Shown piece by piece: positions 38,154-47,398 of a DNA stretch of 64,000 nucleotides; within the stretch, counting starts at the first letter, position 1; each line of letters opens with the position of its first letter. Under the pieces are notes generated by a model. That model did no database searches. It saw nothing but the letters and a program-made list of their open reading frames with translations, and had not been told where the DNA came from. This DNA is from an uncultured Clostridia bacterium (GTDB taxonomy: Bacteria; Bacillota; Clostridia; TANB77; CAG-508): the NCBI GenBank assembly GCA_934140005.1, contig CAKPBB010000001.1, positions 6,797 through 70,796 of the forward strand. Reading direction: 5' to 3'. The position numbers were made by a program, and so were the translations under genes.

Positions 38154-39404
38154 TTATTTCTTTATAACCTTTGTACCTTTCATACCTTTTGTTCCCTTTG
38201 TACCACCTTGCATTGCAAGAATATTTTGGTCATAAGAAAATGTTAGTTTTTCTCTTTCTCTATGTCTTTTTAAAGCTATATCTATAAGTTCATCAAGTTC
38301 TTGTTCAAAAGTTTTTCCAGTTGCTTCCCATAAATAATATGAAAGAGCTCCAGGAATTGTATTTATTTCATTTACATACACTTTATCAGTTTTTGTATCC
38401 ATTAAGAAGTCTACTCTTGCAACACCACTACAACCTAAAACCTTAAAAGTTTCTTTAGTTAATCTTTGTATTTCATCTCTTTTTTCATTAGAAATGTCAG
38501 CAGGTAATTTTTTATCTGATACAGCCATTCCTTTTCCAGAAACCTTTGCTCCAGCAATACCTTTTGCACCACATTTAATTCCTTTTCCTGATTTTGAACC
38601 ACCCATATATTTATCTGCATAACTTAATATCTCATCAGAGAAAAATGGCTCTTCACAAACTGAAGTTTCACTTGTATCAATATTTCCAATAACAGAACAA
38701 TTTATTTCTTTTAGATTTTCTACTGCATTTTCTACAATTATTCTATCTGAAAATTCCATTGCAAACTCAATAGCTTCTACTAATTCAGTTTCATTTTTAG
38801 CTTTTTTAATTCCAACACTTGAACCTAAGTTTCCTGGTTTTACAATTACTGGGAATCTTAATTTTTCTTTTATTTCCTTTTTAATCTTTTCTTCATCTTT
38901 TATGTATTCCATACTAAAGAAAGAAACATAATCAACTACTGGAATTCCTGACTCTCTTAATACTTTTTTCATTAAAATTTTATCCATTCCAATACTTGAA
39001 GCCATTATGTCTGGTCCTACATAAGGAATATCTAATAAATTTAAGAATCCAGCCAAAGTTCCATCTTCAACATTAGTACCATGAACTATAGGAAAAGCTA
39101 CATCAATAGTATTTAAAACTCTTCTTCCTATAAATGGTGCTGGACATCTCATAACTTTTACACCTTTTCCATCATTTACAACACAAACCTTATAGCATCT
39201 TTTTAATAATACATCCATATTTTTGAAAGAATACAAATCTAACAAATCTTCACCTGTATACATTACACCTTGTTTAGATATGTAAATTGGCACAATTTCA
39301 TATTTATCCGGATTTAGACTTGCTATCGCTTGGCTCATTGTTATAACTGAAATTTCATGTTCAACTGATTTTCCTCCAAAAAATACTCCAACTTTAATTT
39401 TCAT
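38154..39404 (-). CDS. ddl: D-alanine--D-alanine ligase with G/K-rich insertion and tail
   Basis: 416 aa. N-terminus is KVGVFFGGKSVEHEISV. ATP-grasp motifs are present (VKPGNLGSSVGI, EINTIPG). The K-Y of the omega-loop is retained (YADKY). Confidence 0.88.
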   Translation of the reverse strand: MKIKVGVFFGGKSVEHEISVITMSQAIASLNPDKYEIVPIYISKQGVMYTGEDLLDLYSFKNMDVLLKRCYKVCVVNDGKGVKVMRCPAPFIGRRVLNTIDVAFPIVHGTNVEDGTLAGFLNLLDIPYVGPDIMASSIGMDKILMKKVLRESGIPVVDYVSFFSMEYIKDEEKIKKEIKEKLRFPVIVKPGNLGSSVGIKKAKNETELVEAIEFAMEFSDRIIVENAVENLKEINCSVIGNIDTSETSVCEEPFFSDEILSYADKYMGGSKSGKGIKCGAKGIAGAKVSGKGMAVSDKKLPADISNEKRDEIQRLTKETFKVLGCSGVARVDFLMDTKTDKVYVNEINTIPGALSYYLWEATGKTFEQELDELIDIALKRHREREKLTFSYDQNILAMQGGTKGTKGMKGTKVIKK

Positions 39405-39433
39405 TTATATCAATCCTTTCTTATTTCGTACTA

Positions 39434-40996
39434 TTATAAATAATTATCTGGTAAATCATTTTCTAAAAGTACAACACTATTACTATCCATTATTTGATTC
39501 ATTTTATTTAATGCTTCTTGCAAATTTTTTGCAACAAAAATTTTATTTTCTGGATATTTCTTTGCTTTTAATCCTTTTAGTATTGGTTTTGCTTGTTTCT
39601 CTCCTACTAGAATAACAAAATCACTACTGTCAGCTGCATTTTTTCCTAATTCTCCATTTATTTCATCAGCTTTATCTCCAAGTTCTACTATTCCAGGAGT
39701 AATTAAAATTCTTTTCCTTCCTTCAAAATTCTTTAATACTTCTAGAGCCATTTTAGCTCCTCTATTATTAGAATTATATGCATCATCTATAATTATACTG
39801 CCGTTTGGATTTTGTTTTAATTCCAATCTATGTGGAACTGGTTTTATATATCTTACACCAATTTTTATTTCTTCTTCTGATAAACCTAATTTGTCAGCAA
39901 TTGCAACAGCTCCAACAATATTTAAAATGTTCAATTTTCCTAATAATTTTGTCTTAATTGTTATTGGTTCTTTATTTGGAATTACAACATCAAATTGAGA
40001 GCCAAATTCTGTTATAGAAATATTTTTTGCATAATAATCAGCTTCTTTAGATAATCCAAATTTAATCATATTTTTTGTTATATGTGAATTTCTAATATTT
40101 TCATCTTCCCAATTTACAAACGCAATTCCATTTTCTGGCAAACTATCTATTAGTTCTAGTTTTGTTTTTCTAACATTATCTATACTTTTAAATGTATCTA
40201 AATGTTGTGGACCTATTGCTGTTAAAATACCGTATTGTGGTTCAACAATATCACAAATTTCTTTTATATCTCCAACATATTTTGCACCCATTTCACATAC
40301 AAATAATTGATGTGTAGAATTTAAGTGTTCATTTATTGTTCTAACAACACCCATTGTTGTATTGTAACTTTCTGGAGTCATAAGTGTATTGTATTTTTGT
40401 GATAAAATTGTATTTACTATATATTTTGTACTTGTTTTTCCATAGCTTCCTGTAATTCCTACAACTTTTAAATTTGGTATATCTTTTATTTTTTTATGTG
40501 CTTGATTGCAGAATCTTTTTCTTATTATTCCTTCTAAAGGTTTATTTAAAAGATTTACTATATAAACAAAACTATAAGATAAAATCGCTAATGTGTTCAT
40601 AAGAATCAATGAAACTAATGAATTTGTTAAATTACATACTGCAAATACTATTGCAAACAAAATAAAAAATGTCATATACATTCTTTTAATTCTCGCTGTA
40701 ACAACAAAAGCTTTCTTTTCATTTTTCTTTTTGCTAGTAAAAATTAAAGCTATAAATGCTAAAAATTCAATAACATAAGCAATATTAACTTGATTTATCA
40801 ATATTAGAACAATTGGAATAATTAACATTCCTATTGCTTTTACATTTAATACTATATTTATATTTTTCTTTAACCATACAGCATATCTATCATTATAATA
40901 ATTTTCTAATTGTAAAATATGTAATCCATGTCTAATCTTTTTATAGAAATAAATAGCAAACAAGATTAAACATATATTCAATAAAATCGTTTCCAT
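39434..40996 (-). CDS. MurF-type Mur ligase with N-terminal polytopic membrane domain
   Basis: 520 aa. Residues 1 to about 150 form 4-5 TM segments. These are followed by the P-loop GITGSYGKTSTK, a Mur ligase middle domain and a MurF-type C-terminus (PHRLE, IDDAYNSN, ITPGIVELG). Confidence 0.75.
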   Translation of the reverse strand: METILLNICLILFAIYFYKKIRHGLHILQLENYYNDRYAVWLKKNINIVLNVKAIGMLIIPIVLILINQVNIAYVIEFLAFIALIFTSKKKNEKKAFVVTARIKRMYMTFFILFAIVFAVCNLTNSLVSLILMNTLAILSYSFVYIVNLLNKPLEGIIRKRFCNQAHKKIKDIPNLKVVGITGSYGKTSTKYIVNTILSQKYNTLMTPESYNTTMGVVRTINEHLNSTHQLFVCEMGAKYVGDIKEICDIVEPQYGILTAIGPQHLDTFKSIDNVRKTKLELIDSLPENGIAFVNWEDENIRNSHITKNMIKFGLSKEADYYAKNISITEFGSQFDVVIPNKEPITIKTKLLGKLNILNIVGAVAIADKLGLSEEEIKIGVRYIKPVPHRLELKQNPNGSIIIDDAYNSNNRGAKMALEVLKNFEGRKRILITPGIVELGDKADEINGELGKNAADSSDFVILVGEKQAKPILKGLKAKKYPENKIFVAKNLQEALNKMNQIMDSNSVVLLENDLPDNYL

Positions 40997-41011
40997 TTTA
41001 CATCTCCTTTA

Positions 41012-41788
41012 CTATTTATTAAGTTTTTCATCTTTTAGGAACTCATTTAATACTATATTGCAATTAACAATATTTTCTAAATACGAAAAATGGGTTGAAC
41101 CTGTATATTCAACTAATCCACAATCTGGTATTAATTTCTCCATTTTCTTTGCATCTGAAATTGGAGTTGCTGTATCTAAACTTCCCCAAATCAATAAAGT
41201 TGGTACTTTTATATTTGGTAACAAATTAGTACAATCTTCATTTAATATGATTTTCATTGTTTCTTTCAAAACATTTGCTGAAGCCTGATAATCACTTGAA
41301 CCTACATTATTTCTCAATTTTTCTTTAAACTCATTTATTCCTTTTGTATTAGGCAATATATTTAAAATCGTTTTACCTATTTTGAAGAATCCAACTTTTA
41401 TATAATACTTAATGCTTCGCTTTGGTTTAAGACCAGCACTATCAATAAGTATAACTTTTTTGGGTTGAACAATACCTCTACCAACAGCATTGATTATACA
41501 TCTTCCACCATTTGAATGGCCTATTAAAATAGGCTTTTCAATATTTAAAGCTTTTAAAAAATCTCTTAAGAAATTTCCAAAATCATCTGAATTTAATGGA
41601 TGTTCTGGTAAATCACTTTTTCCAAAGCCAACTACATCAACTAAATACACTTTGAAATTTTGATATAATCCATTTGCCAATGGTCTCATTGTTTCTATAT
41701 TTGCTAACCAGCCATGTAGTATAACAATTGGATATCCTTCACCCATAACTTCATAATTTATGTTCCAATTATTTATTTTTACTTGCAA
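41012..41788 (-). CDS. alpha/beta hydrolase
   Basis: 258 aa with HGW... and the nucleophile elbow GHSNGG. TTG start. Confidence 0.75.
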   Translation of the reverse strand: MQVKINNWNINYEVMGEGYPIVILHGWLANIETMRPLANGLYQNFKVYLVDVVGFGKSDLPEHPLNSDDFGNFLRDFLKALNIEKPILIGHSNGGRCIINAVGRGIVQPKKVILIDSAGLKPKRSIKYYIKVGFFKIGKTILNILPNTKGINEFKEKLRNNVGSSDYQASANVLKETMKIILNEDCTNLLPNIKVPTLLIWGSLDTATPISDAKKMEKLIPDCGLVEYTGSTHFSYLENIVNCNIVLNEFLKDEKLNK

Positions 41789-41810
41789 TTTCCTTCTACC
41801 ACCTATGTAT

Positions 41811-41845
41811 TATCCACAATTTGTTCAACAATTGTGGATATTTTT
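41811..41845. repeat. perfect 11-bp inverted repeat (terminator-like hairpin or operator)
   Basis: TATCCACAATT-N8-AATTGTGGATA followed by TTTTT on the plus strand. Lies between the ypeB stop and the hydrolase start. Confidence 0.5.
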
Positions 41846-41950
41846 ATTACTATAATTTATTCAAATTTTTTAGTAATGTTCATTTTTCCATAACATATTA
41901 TACTAATTTTGCTATAAATTCAATACATTTACTCAAGAAAAATTTTTATA

Positions 41951-43297
41951 CTACATTGTGATTTCACCATTTTCATTGTCTAAAACAACTAATATATCTT
42001 CCTCTTTTCCAGTTTCACAATTTATATAAACTAAAAATTCTGTATCTTCTACTTTTCCTTTAAATTCATAGCATAATATTTCTGTTTTCCATTTTGTTGG
42101 TATAATTGCTTTACCTTCACTCATAATTTGTAAATTTTTATTTAATTTTTCTTTTGCTTGCTCCATAGATATTTTAGCATTTTTTATTTCTCTTTCTTCA
42201 TGCGAATTTAGATATCCTGATGTTTCAAATCCTAAAACTTCTCCATTGTCCATAGCCATTTTTACTTTTATCAAGTCTGGATATACTGTTACTCCAGCTT
42301 GCTCATAAGCATAATTCACAGTTATAGTATTTTCTGTTATAGAACAATATGTTGGAACCATGTTTTCAATTTCTCGTGACTTCAAAAATTCCTGACCTAT
42401 TTTTTTCAATTCTTCTTTACTTATTTTTTCTTCATTAACATCTCTATTTTTTTCTAAATAAATTATGTGTCCACCTTTTTTAGAAACACTGACACTTGCA
42501 CTGTCTTTTGAATTTTCAAACTCTATGCTAAAATCATATTCTGGAATATTTGCATTTTCTATTAGTCCATTTCTTGTTACTTTTTTTATATTATCATTTT
42601 TAAAGAAATCTCTTACAATTTGTTCAGCAGTATCTTCACTAATTTCCTCACCTGTTAATCCCTTTTTTTCTACTTTTTCTATATGTTCTGAATACGCACC
42701 ATCATAAATTAAACCTTCATATTCTTGAAAATTACTATCTATACTTGAGAAAACTGATACATTATCAACAGCTTGTGCAAATTGTAGATTATTTTGATTA
42801 GTTAAGTCTTGCCATTTTACATTTCCAAAATATAAATCTTGCTCAATTTGATTTAAGCTATTTTCTAATTCAATTGAATATTTATGCAAGTCCTGAAGAT
42901 TTTTTAATTCTTCATCTGTTAAGTCTTCTTGATTCATTGCTTTTTTGGATAAAGTATAACAATAATCACTTACTTGATTTAAAAATTTTGAAGTTTGAGC
43001 TAATCCATTATCATTTATCGGTATTCTATTTAAATGAGCCATAGCTAAGTTTGAATTATCCCAAATTCTTGTTAAATTTTCAGTAGAATATTGTGCTGAT
43101 TTTGTAATAGTTGCTTTTGCTAAACATTTTTCAATTTTATTTACATAGTCAACTACATTACTAAAAGCTTCATTATAACTATTTAAATTAGCATTCAAGT
43201 ACTCTTCTCTTAACTTATACGCATAATATCCTGTAACTACTGTTAATAATAATAAAGCTATAATTACTGCTGTAAATACCTTCTTATTAAAATTCAT
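41951..43297 (-). CDS. ypeB: germination protein YpeB
   Basis: Start moved from 43348 to ATG 43297, behind AGGAG. N-terminal TM anchor and C-terminal PepSY-like repeats. The overall pattern is typical of YpeB. Confidence 0.7.
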   Translation of the reverse strand: MNFNKKVFTAVIIALLLLTVVTGYYAYKLREEYLNANLNSYNEAFSNVVDYVNKIEKCLAKATITKSAQYSTENLTRIWDNSNLAMAHLNRIPINDNGLAQTSKFLNQVSDYCYTLSKKAMNQEDLTDEELKNLQDLHKYSIELENSLNQIEQDLYFGNVKWQDLTNQNNLQFAQAVDNVSVFSSIDSNFQEYEGLIYDGAYSEHIEKVEKKGLTGEEISEDTAEQIVRDFFKNDNIKKVTRNGLIENANIPEYDFSIEFENSKDSASVSVSKKGGHIIYLEKNRDVNEEKISKEELKKIGQEFLKSREIENMVPTYCSITENTITVNYAYEQAGVTVYPDLIKVKMAMDNGEVLGFETSGYLNSHEEREIKNAKISMEQAKEKLNKNLQIMSEGKAIIPTKWKTEILCYEFKGKVEDTEFLVYINCETGKEEDILVVLDNENGEITM

Positions 43298-43481
43298 ATA
43301 CACATCTCCTATTAAATAATTCAGAATCTTTTTCCTTATACTTTCCAATATTTTATAAAATATGTATATCAGTCTAATATTTTGTAATTTTTGACAATTT
43401 ACATAAAAAGTTGTATAATTTTTTCACGAACATTTACAAACATATGACTTTTAAGTCATATCAAATCAGAAAGGAGCTATT

Positions 43482-44771
43482 ATGCAATGTATTTTGTCTA
43501 AGCAAGTATACTTAAGCTTTCTAGTAAGAGACATTTTACGGCTTTTAGCCATTGAGTCTGTTACTGGAACTGAGGGCATTAGTATCTGCCAAAAAGAAGT
43601 CTGTAAAATTGCAGATGAACTTGGTTTCCACCATGAATATCATGCGAATAACCGCGTGATTGTGATTAGTCCAAAAAAGCTAATTCCTCACGAACCTATC
43701 AAACTTGGCTTTGTTGTTCATTTGGATACAGTTCCATTCGATAAAAAAGAGTGGCACTATAATCCGTTGGGTGAAATTGCAAATGGCAGAATCTACGGTC
43801 GAGGTATTATTGACGACAAAGGTGCTATCATCATGTGCTTGTATGCGCTTTATCAGCAAAAACCAAATTTTAATTGGCAAGTGATCGTTGGTAGCTGTGA
43901 AGAAGGTGTTTGGTATGATATGCAAGACTATCTTGCTGAAAATCCAGTATTGCCTGAATTTATGGTTACTGTCGATGGAGATGGTATTCAAAATGGCTGT
44001 CGTGGCTATATGGATATTATTTGCAAGTTCAAGAAAAATGAACCATCTCCTTCTTGTCTGACAAGTTTAAAAGCTGGAGATGCAAATAATTCTGTACCTG
44101 CTTATGCAGAAACCTGCATAAGCGGAAAGAAATTTGTTATGTACGGAAAGGCCGCACATTCTTCAAACCCTGCAAATGGTGAGAATGCATTGTTAAACCT
44201 TGCAAAGGTTCTTCAAGATTCTCATTCTAATTCTTTGCAATACCCTGGTTTTCTTGAACTGCTGAACAATCTCCATCAGGATGGAAGCTTTTCAGCAGAC
44301 ATTTTTCCTGAGTATCCAGCATATAAAGATGGGCAGTTTGTTGGTTACACAACGATTTGCCCCACCAAGGCAGAACTTTTAGCAGATTCTAGCACATTAA
44401 GTCTATGGCTCAATGTGCGGATAAATCCATTTGTTACTTGTAAAGATCTGGTTGAGTTTATCAAGAAGTTGGAAAAACTGTATTGCTGTGAGACAGAACT
44501 GTTAGAATACACCGCACCTGCTTTTATCAGCACAGAGCATCGCTATTTCAAGGCAATGCTTGAGGCTCATGAAGAAGCAACCGGTCAAGAGGCTCATATC
44601 ACCTTCGCTCAAGGCGTTGGCTATAATGCTGCACTTCCTAACTGTGCAATTTTTGGACCACGATTTGAACAAGATGAAGAGGACCTCTGCCATGCTGCAG
44701 ACGAAAGTCGCACTGTTGAAGACATTTGGAAATGTCTCTTAATGCTAGAGAGTTTTATCTCAAAAATTTGA
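43482..44771 (+). CDS. M20-family metallopeptidase (dipeptidase-like), higher G+C
   Basis: 429 aa with HLDTVP and GRGIIDDKG metal-ligand motifs. Composition is clearly GC-richer than the neighbours. Confidence 0.75.
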   Translation: MQCILSKQVYLSFLVRDILRLLAIESVTGTEGISICQKEVCKIADELGFHHEYHANNRVIVISPKKLIPHEPIKLGFVVHLDTVPFDKKEWHYNPLGEIANGRIYGRGIIDDKGAIIMCLYALYQQKPNFNWQVIVGSCEEGVWYDMQDYLAENPVLPEFMVTVDGDGIQNGCRGYMDIICKFKKNEPSPSCLTSLKAGDANNSVPAYAETCISGKKFVMYGKAAHSSNPANGENALLNLAKVLQDSHSNSLQYPGFLELLNNLHQDGSFSADIFPEYPAYKDGQFVGYTTICPTKAELLADSSTLSLWLNVRINPFVTCKDLVEFIKKLEKLYCCETELLEYTAPAFISTEHRYFKAMLEAHEEATGQEAHITFAQGVGYNAALPNCAIFGPRFEQDEEDLCHAADESRTVEDIWKCLLMLESFISKI

Positions 44772-44800
44772 GCTTTCCCAGCTATGTCTCCATTAGCTCC

Positions 44801-44836
44801 GCCCGCATTCTCATCTTTGAGGGTGCGGGCTTTTTT
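44801..44836 (+). terminator. GC-rich rho-independent terminator
   Basis: GCCCGCA (44801-44807) pairs with TGCGGGC (44824-44830), followed by TTTTTT. Confidence 0.8.
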
Positions 44837-44964
44837 ATTATCATAAAGTCTGATTTTGCTTTATTTATAAAATTTTAAAAGAAAAAAGCCTTTAGATATC
44901 AAATTATCTAAAAGCTCTCTATAGCTATCCATAGCTTACAGGCTAACTGTTAAAAATGGAAAAG

Positions 44965-45005
44965 CTGGTGTGTATCCAAAAGATGCACACCGGTTTTTAT
45001 TTTAT
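44965..45005 (+). terminator. orphan rho-independent terminator
   Basis: CTGGTGTG/CACACCGG followed by TTTTTATTTT. No annotated plus-strand gene ends here. Confidence 0.5.
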
Positions 45006-45078
45006 AAAAATATCTGCATTGTTTTTTATTTCATTTAATGTTATAATAAGTTCAATTTTATTGAAGGGTAATAATTAT

Positions 45079-46212
45079 ATGAAAAAAATACTTATATTTT
45101 ACGGTTCTTATGGTGGTGGACACCTTTCAGCCGCAAAATCAATTAAACAAGAACTTGAAGAAAAATATTCAGATATTGAAGTGAAAATGGTTGATTGTAT
45201 TGAATATATAAATAAATATATAAATAAACTAACTACTGAAGCTTACAAAGAGCTTGCAAAAAAAGCTCCTTTTTTATGGAAATATGTTTACAAAGATTCT
45301 CAAAAAGGACCTCTTGCAACTATAAGCACAACATCAAATAGACTTATGTCTCACAAATTAAATATTCTATTGCAAGAATTCCAGCCAGATTTGATTGTAT
45401 CTACTCATCCATTTGGAACTCAAATGTGCGGAATATTAAAGAAAAAAGAAAAAATTCATTGTAAAATAGCAACTATTTTAACAGATTTTCACATTCATGC
45501 ACAATGGCTTGTATTTAATGAATATATAGATGATTTTTTTGTTTCAAATGAACAAATGAAATCAGATATGGTTAAATGCTCAATTCCAGAAGAAAAAATA
45601 CATGTTACAGGAATTCCAGTATCTAAAAGATTTTTAGAAGATTTTAACAAAGTTGAAATTTGTAAAGAATTTGGTTTAGACCCAGAAAAAGAAACCGTTC
45701 TTTTCTTCGCTGGTGGTGAATTTGGATTAGGAAGAAATACTACATTTATGACTTTAAAAGCTTTAGAGCGTTTATTTTCTAAGTTACAAGTTGTAGCCAT
45801 TTCAGGAAAAAATCCTAAAATGAAGAAAAAATTTGAGGACCTGGTAAATACAACTGGCTCATCAGATAGAATAAAAATTATAGAATATACAAATAAAGTT
45901 CCAGAATTGATGTCAATTTCTTCAATGGTAGTTACTAAAGCTGGCGGTCTTACAATAACAGAAAGTTTAACAGCACATTTACCTATTATTATAATAAATC
46001 CTATTCCAGGTCAAGAAGAAGAAAATGCACAATTTCTTGTTGATAATAATGTTGCAATTTGGATAAAAAAAGATGATAATATCGCAAGAGCTTTAAAAAA
46101 TTTATATAGACATCCAGAAACTATAGAAAATATGAAACAAAATGCTATAAATTTAGCAAAACCTTATTCAACAGAAAATATTTGTAAAATACTAATTGAT
46201 AGTATTTCTTAA
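45079..46212 (+). CDS. MGDG-synthase-like / UgtP-type diacylglycerol glycosyltransferase (GT28)
   Basis: Start moved from 44956 to ATG 45079. MKKILIFYGSYGGGHLSAAKSI and the C-terminal GT28 pattern (TKAGGLTITESL, PIPGQEEENA) match the family. Confidence 0.8.
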   Translation: MKKILIFYGSYGGGHLSAAKSIKQELEEKYSDIEVKMVDCIEYINKYINKLTTEAYKELAKKAPFLWKYVYKDSQKGPLATISTTSNRLMSHKLNILLQEFQPDLIVSTHPFGTQMCGILKKKEKIHCKIATILTDFHIHAQWLVFNEYIDDFFVSNEQMKSDMVKCSIPEEKIHVTGIPVSKRFLEDFNKVEICKEFGLDPEKETVLFFAGGEFGLGRNTTFMTLKALERLFSKLQVVAISGKNPKMKKKFEDLVNTTGSSDRIKIIEYTNKVPELMSISSMVVTKAGGLTITESLTAHLPIIIINPIPGQEEENAQFLVDNNVAIWIKKDDNIARALKNLYRHPETIENMKQNAINLAKPYSTENICKILIDSIS

Positions 46213-46245
46213 TATAAACAACTCATTTATATATTGTTAATGATA

Positions 46246-46316
46246 TAAAAAACGCGAATTTTCAAATATTACTAAAGTTTAACCTTTTTAACATTTGAAA
46301 ACTCGCGTTTTATTTT
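46246..46316. terminator. bidirectional terminator (17-bp stem, 1 mismatch)
   Basis: AACGCGAATTTTCAAAT pairs with ATTTGAAAACTCGCGTT, flanked by A- and T-runs. Confidence 0.65.
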
Positions 46317-46331
46317 AAAATTTTAATATTA

Positions 46332-46931
46332 TTAGATTTCACTTCTACCTTCTAAAGCCTTTGTTAAAGTTATTTCATCTGTATATTCCAAATCTCCTCC
46401 AACTGGTATTCCTCTTGCGATTCTAGTAACTTTTACTCCCATTGGTTTTACTAATTTTGAAATATACATAGAAGTCGCTTCTCCCTCAACTCTAGGATTA
46501 GTTGCCAAAATAATTTCTTTTACACTTTCATTCATTATTCTAGTTAATAGTTCTTTTATTTTAATATCATCTGGTCCAATTCCATTCATTGGAGAAATTG
46601 AACCATGCAATACATGATAAACTCCATTAAATTCATGTGTTCTCTCCATTGCAATTACATCTCGTACATCTTCAACTACACAAATAGTTGATGAATCTCT
46701 TTTTGGATTCGCACATATATAGCATGGGTCTGTATCAGCTATATTAAAACATTTTGAGCAAAATTTTAAATTCTTTTTAGCATTTACTATTGAATCTGTA
46801 AACTCTTTTACTTCATCATCACTTAAATCAAGCATATAAAAAGCTAATCTTTGAGCTGTTTTATGACCTATACTTGGTAATTTTTCAAAACTTTCAATCA
46901 ATTTCTCAATTGATGGTGAATATGTTGACAT
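46332..46931 (-). CDS. recR: recombination protein RecR
   Basis: 199 aa with [14 protein letters not shown], a Cys4 zinc finger ([16 protein letters not shown]) and a Toprim domain. Confidence 0.95.
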   Translation of the reverse strand: MSTYSPSIEKLIESFEKLPSIGHKTAQRLAFYMLDLSDDEVKEFTDSIVNAKKNLKFCSKCFNIADTDPCYICANPKRDSSTICVVEDVRDVIAMERTHEFNGVYHVLHGSISPMNGIGPDDIKIKELLTRIMNESVKEIILATNPRVEGEATSMYISKLVKPMGVKVTRIARGIPVGGDLEYTDEITLTKALEGRSEI

Positions 46932-47015
46932 TATTTATACCTCTTTTGCTATATATTCATTATTAAACTATATATTATGAATTAAACTTCAGTCATAATA
47001 TATAAAAATTCTATA

Positions 47016-47360
47016 TTACATAAGTCCTGGTATATTAAATTTTCCAAGTTGAGCTGCTTGTGCACTATCAACTTTTCTCAAAGCCTCATTTACACAAGTT
47101 AAAATTAAGTCTTGTAACATTTCAACATCATCTGGGTCTACAACGTCTTTTTGTAATTTTATTTCTTTTATAGTTTTATCTCCTGCTACTTTTACACTTA
47201 CTGCTCCACCACCTGCTGTTGCTTCAAATTCTTGACTTGATAATTCTTCTTGTGATTTTTCCATATCAGCTTGCATTTTTTTAGCTTCTTTCATTAGTTG
47301 GTTGATGTTCATTCCACCAAAACCTCCCATTCCTCCTGGAAATCCTCCTCTTTTTGCCAT
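47016..47360 (-). CDS. ybaB: YbaB/EbfC family nucleoid-associated protein
   Basis: 114 aa matching the family (GGMNINQLMKEAKKMQADMEK...VVDPDDVEMLQDLI). Confidence 0.92.
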   Translation of the reverse strand: MAKRGGFPGGMGGFGGMNINQLMKEAKKMQADMEKSQEELSSQEFEATAGGGAVSVKVAGDKTIKEIKLQKDVVDPDDVEMLQDLILTCVNEALRKVDSAQAAQLGKFNIPGLM

Positions 47361-47398
47361 CTTATTGTCCTCCTTTTATTTTTCTAACTCATAATATA

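Noticed and set aside
44956-45078. N-terminal extensions of track ORFs. Besides this one they are at 49016-49090 (dnaX), 43298-43348 (ypeB), 33163-33201 (sbcD-like), 4075-4101, 13045-13059, 35834-35851 and 55343-55435.
   Set aside because: Internal ATGs preceded by AGGAGG-type RBSs coincide with the conserved family N-termini. The extensions overlap terminators, promoters or the SRP RNA.
46962-46998. Perfect 12-bp hairpin TATATATTATGA/TCATAATATATA between ybaB and recR.
   Set aside because: It is pure AT and lacks a T-run in the transcribed orientation. It is likely a weak intercistronic structure of no special significance.
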